NCBI RefSeq assembly: GCF_030144855.1
Contig: NC_082714.1
Span: 64,170,001-64,234,000 of the forward strand
Reading direction: 5' to 3'
Source of the DNA: Hypanus sabinus
Taxonomy: Eukaryota
Length of the DNA: 64,000 bases
In this document: one piece after another, positions 50,701-62,700 of the stretch
Layout: each line of letters starts with the position of its first letter
Position numbering within the stretch: position 1 is the first letter of the stretch
The notes under the pieces: generated by a model
Databases searched by the model: none
What the model saw: the letters and a program-made list of their open reading frames with translations, nothing else
What the model was told of the DNA's origin: nothing
Position numbers and translations under genes: made by a program

Positions 50701-53700
50701 AAATTGGGCATTTATAGCATATTTAAAAGAAGAATATCCAGGGTTATGACAGAAAAACAGGAGAAAGTGAAACAAATTAGGTAGTGCTTTCAAGAAGTAG
50801 ATACAGGCAGAGTGATCCAATGGCTCTATTCCACGGATCAAACCCAAAAAGAAACAACAGGCACAGTTAAGTGCTGTGTACCTGCAACATGGGGGATTGG
50901 GGGGGGGGGGGGGGGGGGGTCTTCAACCTCTCAGGACCACCTGCTTTAATGTTTCAAACAACGAACCCTCTTCTGGCCACCTCAAAAAGAACTTCCTCAG
51001 AAGGGACACAGACTTTCTCAACAAACAAGCATAATTTTAGGCATGCTTTTCTCCTACTCTCTTTGCATAATCAGTGTCTGAGCCCTCGAGTTAAAACTCC
51101 CAAGTTCTCGGTCCAGAGTATTTGAAGCCAACATAAAATGGAATTCTTCAATGATGTGCTATTTTCAGTGCAGTACATTTTGGTACACTGTATCAGAGTA
51201 CAACAGTGAAATAAACTTGCCACCTAGAGGTCCACACTACCCACATTTAGTACTAAGTGTGATGTTAAAAGCTCTGCTTTATTCAAGTCAGCATTCTGAA
51301 AAGGTTACCAGGACACTGTTCACAATAAGGGAAGAGTAAATGCTTTGGCTCAGAGGATTAGATTCTCACTTCTAACTAAGAAGGACATGATTTCAATCTG
51401 TACTCCAAAGAACTGAGCACATAATCAAGGTTGACGCTTCAGTACCATAAGGAGGGAAATATACTGTGAGTTGTCTTTTGGATGAAGCAATAAACTGAGT
51501 ATGAATATCAATGATCCCTGTCAGAGCTCTACAAAGACGCAGGGTAGTTTCCAATGTTCTGACCAGTAAGTAATACATACAGTTTCACTGCTGTTTGTGC
51601 AATCTTGCTTTGAGTCCTTTCAATGCAATGCTACCTATGCTTCAGAAGTACTGCAACGTCTGTGAAGTATCTCTGGTATTACTACCTTCCCAGGTGAAGA
51701 GTATTAAGTCATTGCCAAGTCCTTTGTCCAAATGTGCCCTATTATACTTGATCTTGCACTAGCTTCATGTCATAATTATCCAATCACTTTGCTTGATTTC
51801 TCTTTCCAAAGGTTGCCATAGTCTCTAATATGCATAAAAAAAACAGGACAGTATGCAAGACAAGCTTTTCACCTGATCTCAGTACGTGCCAAGAGTAAAC
51901 CAATTCCAATTCGTCAACCAGTGGCAACTCTTGAAAAGTAATTCTTTGGCTGTGTTGCACTTTCTAAGTGCTGAGGATGAGATAAAAATCTATTTGTAAA
52001 TGGTCCTATTACCTTTCTAAGCAGTGTTCACTCACCTGCCTCTGAATGATGTTTAACAGGAAGTCAGGATGGCGGCTACGACACAGCAAGTGGCCAAGGC
52101 GAAGGGACTGATTTAAGCTCTTTAGCTGTTCGAGAACATGTGGAGGTGGGCGGCGAGGGGGGCCCCTGAAGAAGGAATCACAAGATCAGGAAGTCAGAAA
52201 ATGACAGAAGCATATTCACAAAGACATTAAAAGGAGGAAAATATTTCCTCCTCGTCACAAACACTAGACACCCGAGCAAACATCTGCATGTTGGACCACA
52301 GCCTCCTGTCCTGCCAAGACGAAGCCTCTTTCAAGCTGAAGGAGCAGCAACTCCTCATATCCTTTCTTGGTAGCCTCCAACGTGATGGCATGAACGTCAG
52401 TATCTCTAACGTTCAGTAATTTCTCCACCCCCACATTTTGTTTGCCATTCTGGCTCGCCTCTTACCCCTTCTCTTCTCCTCACCTGCCCATCATCTTCCT
52501 CTACTGCACCTCATCCTACCCTTTCTCCCATGGTCCATCTTCCCCCAATCAGATTTCTTCTTCTTCAGCTCTTCACCTTCCAGATTCTCAGTTCACCTGT
52601 GCCCCCCACCCATCCACCTCTCCTTCCCCTAGCTTCACCAGCTTCAACTCGTTCCCCTTTCCCCACCTTCTTATTCTTTCTCCCTCTTTCTTTCTAGTCC
52701 TGATGAAGGTGCTCTGTTTTTATTCCTCTGCATAGATAATGCCTGACTTGCTCAGTTCCTCCAGCATTTTGTATGTGTTGCTACCGATTGCACACATTTC
52801 TACACATTCATCCTTCAATGTTAGTGAATATGCAGGGGCAAGTACAGCTAGTGGAAAATAGTCCTGTCAACATTTAGTATTGATGGCCACTTTCTTCCCT
52901 AATATGCCTTCTCTAAAGTAGTAATTTAAAAAAATTCCTGCAAATGACAAAAAATAAAAATAAAAATAGATAATGCTAGAAACAGAGCAGGGCAGGCAGC
53001 AAGAGAAACAAAGTCAATGTTTTAGGTCAAACTCTTCCATAGATGCTGCCTGATCTGCTAAGCAATTCCAGCATTTTCTGCTTTTCTCTGAAGCTCATCA
53101 GCGTAAAGAACGCAGCTAAATATCACTTCTGAGCCCATTATAAAACTTTACAATAACAGATTGGTACCAGGCTATCAAGAGAAATTGCCACTCATTTCTC
53201 ACACGTGCTTTTGCAGATCTCCTTTATACTTTTCCCTGGATCTCTCCACACATCACCCACTCAGAAGTGAGAGAATCTTCACAGAAACATTCCTCTAGTA
53301 TTCATTTAAAAAAGCCAACTGGATTTCATAGTCTGATAGCAGGAGCTGAGAAGATGAATTTGCCTAATCCACATGCCGAATTTACATGAAAGAATGTGCT
53401 TCAAGTGATACTTTAGTAGCTCATCATCCAGAACTAAGCAACTGCTTGACTGGAATCCATGCAATTTGCAAAGACTTGTTCAACAACAGCTCCCAAACTA
53501 CAATCCTCGGCAAAGCTTCTGGGTATGTGGCAACTTTAACAATTTTAACTTCCCTCACAAGTCATACATGAACTTGAAACATTAAAACATAGAAAACATA
53601 CAGCACAATACAGGCCCTTTGGCCCACAAAGCTGTGCTGAACATGTCCCTACCTTAGGACTACCTAGGCTTTACCCATAGCCCTCTACTTTTGTAAGCTC

Positions 53701-56700
53701 CATGTGCCTATCCAGGAGTCTCTTCAAAGTTCCTATTGTTTCTGCCTCCTCCGCTGCTGCCGGCAGCCCATTCCACACACTCACCACTCTGCATAAAAAA
53801 CTTACCCCTGACATCTCCTCTGTACCTACTTCCAAGCATCTTAAAACTATGCCCTCTCATACTAGCCATTTCAGCCCTGGGGAAAAGCCTCTGACTATCC
53901 ACACGGTCGATGCCTCTCATATTCTTGTACACCCCTATCAAGTCACCTCATCCTCCGTTGCTCCAAGGAGAAAAGGCCGAGTTCACTCATCCTACTCTCA
54001 TAACGCATGCTCCCCAATCCAGGCAACGTCCTTGTAAATCTCCTCTGCACCCTTTCTATGGTTTCCACGTCCTTCCTATAGTGAGACGACCAGAATTGAG
54101 CGCAGTACTCCAAGTGGGGTCTGACCAGAGTCCTATATAACTATAACATTACCTCTCAGCTCTTAAACTCAATCCCACGATTGATGAAGACCAATGCACC
54201 ATATGTCTTCTTAACCACAGAGTCAACTTGTGTAGCAGCTTTGAGTGTCCTATGGACTCAGACCCCAAGGTCCCTCTGATCCTCCACAGTGCCAAGAGTC
54301 TTACCGTTAATACTATATTCTGTCATCTTATTTGACCTACCAAAATGAACCACCTCACACTCATCTGCGTTGAACTCCATCTTCCACTTTTCAACCCAAT
54401 TTTGCATCCTATCAATGTACCACTGTAACCTCTGACAGCCCTGCACACTATCCACAACACCCCCAACCTTTGTGTCATCAGCAAACTTACTAACCTTTCC
54501 CTCCACTTCCTCATCCAGGTCATTTATAAAAATCACGAAGAGAAAGGTCCCAGAACAGATCCCTGAGGCACACCACTGGTGATTGGCCTCCATGCAGAAT
54601 ATGACCCATCTACAACCACTCATGGCCTTCTGTGGGCAAGTACAGTTCTGGATCCACAAAGCAATGTCCCCTTGGATCCCATGCCTCCTTACTTTTTCAA
54701 TAAGCCTTGCATGGGATACCTTGTCAAATGCCTTGCTGAAATCCACATACACTACATATTTGGTTCTACCTTCATCCAGGTGCTTAGTCAGATCCTCAAA
54801 AAATTCAATCAGGCTTGTAAGGCACGACCTGCCCTTGACAAAGCCATGCTGACTATTCCTAATTATGCCTCTCCAGATGTTCATAAATCCTGCCTCTCAG
54901 GATCTTCTCCATCAACTGAACAACCACTGAAGTAAGACTCACTGGCTTATAATTTCCTGGGCTATCCCTACTCCCTTTCTTGAATAAGGGAACAACATCC
55001 GCAACCCTCTCCCATCCTCACTGATGATGCAAAGATCATTGCCAGAGGCTCAGCAATCTCCTCCCTCGATTCCCACAGCAACCTGGGGTACATCCTGTCG
55101 GGTCCTGGTGACTTATCCAACTTGATGCTTTCTAAAAGCTCCAGCACATCCTCTTTTTTAATATCTACATTCTCAAGCTTTTCAGTCCACTGCAAGTCAT
55201 CCCTACAATCGCCAAGATCCTTTTCCGTAGTGAATACTGCAGCAAAGCATTCATTAAGTATCTCTGCTATTTCTTCCGGATCCATACACTTGCAAATGTG
55301 CATTTAGTCCATCATCTCTAGGTTCAAATACAGCGAGTCTCCAACAGCACTGTCAGAATAACTTCCACAGACTGCTGTTGTTCAGACAGCTCAAGAATGC
55401 ATCATTATGGATAATTCAGGCCCAGCAATAAATCCTATCACCACCCACATCTAACAAAGAGTTAAAAAAATGTAATAAATGCACTGGCACACTCACAGAC
55501 AACAGCTTTCTACCGGGAGGTCAGAGGAAAATAAAGTGATTAGGATTTCCAAACAATGATTTACACTGATCAAATAATGACCACCAAACCTGAATAAAGA
55601 TGGCTAGAGCTGTAATGCACTTTGTTTAATTAGCTAGCAAATGTTACGTTCAGCTACATGACAGGTAGGCATCATAAGACCATGAACAATAACTGATATG
55701 AGGTCAGTGACAACTACACACTCTCACATTCACTGAAGAATAGTCAATACTGGTACTCCTTATCCAAAACTCACTGTGGTTCAAGGCTGGTCAGCTGCGA
55801 GAGCAGCAAACTGTTACTTTCTGTGATGGTCTGCTTTGTTGATGCAGCAGCCAGGTGACTCTCAAAAGCCAAAATCTCCTGCTTCTCTCTCTGTGACATC
55901 TGTAGTTCCCGAGTAATCATTTCAGTTCGGGTTTCCTCATCGGTCACAGTGCATTGAGGATAAGAGAAGTTGCTGAAAGTAGAAAAGCAAAACTATTTTC
56001 ACAGACTTGAAAATGATCACATCATTTTTCTGGTTCTTAGTGTCCTTGATATTCTCATGCTTGATGAGGTATTGGCATGTTGACAAAGAGGTAATAACTG
56101 GAAAGCAAAAAATTGCAGTTGCTGTTAAGACTGAAATAAGCACAGAAAATGTTGGAGCTACTCAGCAGGTCAGACAGCATCTGCGGACAGAGAAACAGAC
56201 TTAGCATTTGAGGTTCAACAAACAAGAATCTGGAGGAACTTAGCAGGTCAGGCAGCATCTGTGAATGAAGGGTCACAAGCCAAAGAGTCAACTATCCATT
56301 TCTCCGTATATATCGGGGATGGCCAACCTACGGCGCATGCGCCAAAAGTGGAGCATTGGATGATTAGAAGTTGCGCATTGCACCCCAGTGATGATAATAA
56401 AAAAGTAAGCCTATTCATGTAAACAGTATTAACCAGAAATCGATTAGTAGAAAAAAAATCTATAGCAGGAACTCAAGTAGCTTAGAGCTAGAAATGGATT
56501 TTACTGAGAATAAATCTAAAACTTAGAAATCATATTTAGCGATTTTATTATTTTATGTACACCTTTTAGCGAATGTTATCTTCTTTCACATTAATCTGTT
56601 TTCAATTTTTAAAAATGTTCAATGAATCAAATTAGGAGAGAAAGACTTTTGTTCTGCAGTTGTTCCGTAACTGTTCAATACATGTTTGATACTTGTTTGA

Positions 56701-59700
56701 TCCTGAGGCATCAAAGGTTTTTGTCAGTTTACAATTTACACTTGTGCACTACGGAGTTGTGCTTTGTTCGTCCTTTGTGAACATTTGCAGTTTTGTACTT
56801 TTTCAAAAATTAAGCCTTGTTTTTACATTCAGTTACCCATCACAGTGCAAAAGAAAAGCAGAAAGTGATAGTAAGCGTGAATTCAATGAACAGTGGAAAA
56901 TTAGTTTATATTTATAGCTGGCCCGTCAGGAAAACCGTTGTGTATTGTTTGTGAAAACACTTTCTCACATAAAAGAAGACATGATCTTAATAGGCACTAT
57001 AAAACACAACATCAGACTGAAATAGGAGGAAAACTGAAACTGGTACTTGCATCTGACTGAAAGAATATGAGATTTAAGAAAAAGGAAGAAATCAAAAGAA
57101 AGCAAAATATATTAAAAGTCTAATTGAGGCAAGTAATGTTTATCTTGTTTTTATATTAAAATATATCATGTAAAAATGCGAAATATGTCTATATTAACAT
57201 ATTTTTACAAGAATTGAATGAGGGTACAAGAATTGTATGGCACATCTGAACTCGTGTGAAAAAGCTGATGCATGGAATATTAAAGGTTGGCCACCCCTGG
57301 TATAGATGCTACTTGACCTGTTGAGTTCCTTGAATTTTTTTGTTTTTTGTTTCAGATTCCATTATCAAGTTTCTTATGCCTCATTTAACATTTTCAGGCT
57401 GATCACTTTACACCAGAACCTTTCGATGAAAGGCCATTGGTTTGATATATTAACTCCATTTCTCTTTCCATGCATGCTCCATCATCAACTGTTCTTATGT
57501 CATAGATATACAGAGTGCATGAGCATAATGGGTGGAATATAGTACCACTGCTCACATGTTGAGATTACATGGCTATACATTTAAAGGACGGATACGACCC
57601 CACTGTTATTAAATGGTCCCCTACTATGACAAGGTGGACTCGAGACCCCACAGTCTATCACTTTATGATCTTGTATCTTAGTGTTTAAACAAACCGCATT
57701 TTCTCTGTAGCTGTTAGCTTATTCTGCATTTTTTAAAATCTTGTCATTGCACTGTGCAGTGATCTGATCTTTATGAATAGGATGCAAGGCAAGCTTTTCA
57801 CTGTATCTCAGTACCTGCTTCAGTAATAAATTAATACCAGCATCAAACTAAAGTAACTGACCACTGAAGCTAAATGGTCTCTTTAGGTGTTTATGGTACA
57901 CATGAGCTTCCACATGCACCTTTAAAATTAGTGGGAACTTAAGAGGATTGGGAAGCTTTTAAAAGCCAACAGACTGAAAAAGCCACAAGGAGACAAAAGA
58001 TTAAATATAAGGGAAAGTTAGCCAATAATATAAAAGAGGATACCATAAGTTTTTTTTCCCAGATATATAAAGAGTGAAAGAGAGATGGGAGTAGATTTTG
58101 GACCACTGGAAAATGATGCAGGAGAGGTAGTATTGGGGGATAAAGAAACAGCAGACGAACTTAGTATTTTGCGACAGTCTTCACCGTGAAAAACACAAGC
58201 AGCATGCCTGTTCGAGAGTATCGGGGGCATAAGTGAGTGTAGTTGTTATTACTAACATGAAGGTGCCTGGGAAACTAAAAGGCCTAAAAGTACAGTAGTT
58301 AAGTTACCTGGACCAGAGTTCTGAAAGAGGTAGCTGAAGAAGCTGTAGTGGCATCAGTAATGGTTATTCCAGAATCATTAGGTTCTAGAGTGGTTCTAGA
58401 GGAATGGAAAATTTCAGAAATCACTCCACTCTTTAAGGGGGAGGGAAGCAGAATTAAGGAAATTAAAGGCCAGTTAGCCTGACATCAGTGGTTGGAAAGA
58501 TGCTGGAGTGCATAATTGAGGATGAGGTTTCGGGGTACTTGGTGGCACATGATAAAATAGGTCAAAGTCAACATGGTTTCCTTAATTGCCTGATAGATCT
58601 GTTGGAATTCCTTGAGGAAATAACAGACAGGATAGATAAAGGAGAGTCAATGGATGTTGATTATTTGGATTTTCAGAAGGCCTTTGACAAGGTTCTGCAC
58701 ATGAGGCTGCTTAACAAGAGCCCATGGTATTACAGGAAAGATACTAACATGGATAAAAGATTGGCTGACTGGGAATAACTACTGGTGAGTAGTAGTGCTC
58801 CTCAGGGGTCAGAATTGGGACTGCCTCTTTTAATGTTATACATCGATGATTTTTATGACAGAATTGATGGCTTTATGGCCAAAGTTGTGAACGATACAAA
58901 GACAGGTGGAGGGGCAGGTAGTGCTGAGGAAGCAGAGAGTCTGCAGTGACTTAGATTGTAATAATGAGCACAGAAGTGACAGAAGGAATATAATGTAGAG
59001 AAGTATATGATCATGCACTTTGGTAGAAGGGATAAAGGTGTAGACTATTTTCTAAATGGGGAGAAAATTCAAAAATCAGAGGTGCAAAGGAACTTGGGGG
59101 ACCTCATGTAGGATTCCTAAAAACTTAACTTGCAGATGAGTTGATGGTAAGGAAAGGAAGTGCAATGTTAACATTCATTTCAAGACTTAGCAGAGCAAGG
59201 ACATAATGCTGAAGCTTTTAAGGCATTGGTCAGACGGCACTTCGAGTATTGTGAGCAGTTTTAGGCTCCTTATCTAAGAAAAGATGTACTGAGAGAGGAG
59301 GTTTACCAGAATGAATCCAGGAATGAAAGGATTAATGTATGAGGAGCATTTGCTGACTCAGGACCTGTACTCACTGGAGTGTAGAAGAATAAGGGGGGGA
59401 CTTCATTGATATCTATCGAATATTAAAAGGCCTAGATAGAGTGGATGTGGAGAGGATGTTGCCTATAGTGATTCTAGGGCCAGAGGGCACAACCTCAAAA
59501 TAGAGAGACATCCACTATAACAAAGTTGAGGACGAATTTCTTTAGCCAGAAGGTACTAAATCTATGGAATTTCTTACCACAGATAGCTGTGGAGGCTAAG
59601 TTATCGGGTATATTTAAAGCAGAGGTTAATAGGTTCTTGATTATTTAGGGCAGTTTTGGGGAGAAAGCAGGAAAAAGGGGTTGAGAGGGATTAGAAGTCA

Positions 59701-62700
59701 ACCAGGATTGAATGGTGGAGCAGAATCCATGGTCCAATCAGCCTGATTCTGCTCCTATGTCTTACGGTCTAAAAGAGACAGGGACAGACAAATATACAGA
59801 TGGCCAATTGGTATACGTGAAGAATGTATGAAGTTAAGCTGTGCGCTTTTTCTCAACAAAAGGATAAATTTTATGACCTGTATCTTCTCTTTAGAATTGC
59901 TAACTGATGTAACATACAAATATTGCCACATGTATACCTACAGAAGCATATGCCAGCATACAGATAACTTTTGCACATACATGTAGACTGATAGGCTAAC
60001 AAAGATAAAATTTTGATAGTCTTCATGAACAGAAACCCTACTCTGCTGATACAAAAGCATTTTAAAATGTGCAATATCTGGGTTCACTATATGAGGAGAA
60101 ACTGTGCTCAGTTTAGAAGAGTACAAGTTGATCTCATCAAAATTCTTATGGGCTTTGACAGAGGAAATGTAGCATTGGCATTTTCACTGACTATGCTGTG
60201 TACAACCACGGGCCACAGTCTCTCAATGTACAAGATATTGTTGAGATTGCACTTGGATCACTTTATACAGTTCTGGTCACCTGGGCTTAGAAAGTAGCAA
60301 ATGGTACAGAAAAAGGTTCAAGTTTAAGTTATTGGAACTGGAAGGCTTAAGCTGCAAGGGGAGATTTGAGACTTTCCCCCAGACAACAGGATACTGAGGG
60401 ATAACCTCAGTAAAGGTATATAAAATCATGAGGGGTTTGGACAAGGTGAATGATTACAATCTTTTTCCCACGGTAGGGGAGTCTGAAACTAGAGGCACAG
60501 GTTTTAAGGTGAGAGGGTAAGATTTAAAAGGGATCTGAGGTTCAACATTTTCCACACAGAGGGTGGTGAGTATATGGGATGAGCTTCTAGAAGTGTTGAA
60601 GGTAGGTGCAAGCACAACATTTTAAAACATACAGAGAGATACTTGGATATGAAAGGTTTGGAGCGATTTGGGCCAAATTTAGGGAAATGGAATTAATTCA
60701 AATAGTCAACTTGGTGGGTATGGATGAATTTGGCCAAAGGACTGCTTCAATGCTGTATAACCATGACTAAGAAGTCAATCATTCAGATCTCAGAAAAGAA
60801 ATTCACCTGAAGGTAGTGAATTCCAAAGATTCAATAATTTAAGGCTACAGAGGCCCAGTGTCTGAGTATAGCCAGGCCAGGGACGGATACCTTTTTAGAT
60901 GTTAAACAAATCAAGATTGGTGCAGGAAACTGGTATGATGTACACAGTTAGTCATGATCTTACTGAATGTCAGAGCAAACCTATTCCTTTTTTACTTCTT
61001 TTGTTCTTGTCAGTTAATCTGTAGGTGTGTCGAGCTTATGGTACAAAGGACCACCTCTTTAGGAGGATCACCATCTCACAATAATGTGTGCATTTTGAAC
61101 AATCTCACCATGAAAATAACATGAGATATCCCCCATGTAACATAAAACATGGTATTAGTGCATCATTTTTCAATATTGCTTTTTTAATGGAATGAAGTTA
61201 ACTAAGCATTCACAAGAATTTTATCTGTGACAACTTGCATCAAGGTTTCAAACAGATTTGTTAAGAGTAGTTTATAGTTAACCTGCACAAGATAATCAGG
61301 AGGACTTCTGTTATTAGAGGTGAGGATACAATTTCAGGCTCCCTTTGATTCTTCCTCCATCACCAGAAAGCAGTTCACTTTGCATGTGACCGCGCACACA
61401 CACACACACACACACGCACGCAAGCAGCATTTACTTCAGGGAGAAGACTGCCTGCACCATATCTTACCACACTCATTTTTAATTCCAATCTAAAGTAACT
61501 CACTTTGTCATCACCATTTCCATGAACATCTTCAGGGTGGGGTAACCTTCCCATGCAGCCAGACCTGTAAGCAAAACACATTTAACTAATATTCTCTGCA
61601 TCATCAAACTAAGACAATTCAGATATTTTAGGGCATTTTAGAACTCCAAATTCAATTATTCAATAATATTTCAAAATACTTTACAGAGTGATTACCAGAC
61701 AAAATTTTCACATTAAGCCAAATATGGAAATATAAGACATTTTTGATCAATCTTTGTCATCAAGGCTTTATTCACTATCCTAAAGTATATGTCAAGGGGT
61801 CTTCAACCTGAAATGTTCTGTTTCTCTTTCCATAATGCTGCCTGACCTACTGAATGCTACCAGCATTTTCAGTTTGTATATTAAAGGAAAGGCAGAGGTG
61901 GTTAGAGACAGAATTCCAGATACTAAGCTCCCCCCTACACCTGCACCAATCTGCAAAGTATTCGCTCCACTGCTTGTGCTGGTACTGCCAAAGGCAGATG
62001 AGAGTGAAATGGATACTCTGCAATCTCTAAGAATAAGTAGTGTGGCTAACTTCCCACCAGATGATGCCTTGCCTATGGCAAAAATTCAGTCTATGTGATC
62101 TGCAAATCTGCAGTGTGGAGAGAAAGTACATCACCTTTAAAATCCTTCTTTAAGCAACTGAGGTGATTTTACAGAACAATGCAACAATCCTTTTCTCTTG
62201 AGCCTTTCTAAATGTGCAATTATTTTCAGAAATTACAACTCCAGTGGACAGCTGATTATTACTTCTTATACTCTTCCTATTCCTCATTCCCTTTGTCAAA
62301 GGCCATCACTCTCACTTGTATATAATTGTGCAAACTGACAAGTCATCCAGATTACTCTGTGCATCATTCAAGATATTGAGCCGCAGCAGGCTCTTTGACA
62401 ATCAAATGTCATCACAGTCAAGCCACATTCCACTCCTACTTAATTTTTGTGTGCAATGTGCAACTTTCAGACATTAATATAGATGCTTTTGCACCTTGTT
62501 ATATTTCTAGTTGCAGTACTCTGTGCAACCTATCAACATTTGGTACATTTGTGGAAAGTAATATGTGCAGGTCAGCTGGAAACTCACCAATATTTTGTGG
62601 ATTGAAGGCATTTACAACTAGTAATAACAGCCAAGCCTTCCAATACAAGGAGGAAATAGCCAGGGCAGGGGGTTGGTACCTGAAGGATTAAACAAAATCC

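Noticed and set aside
50899-50919. Poly-G run (also about 34205, 38835)
   Set aside because: Simple homopolymers; length unreliable in assemblies
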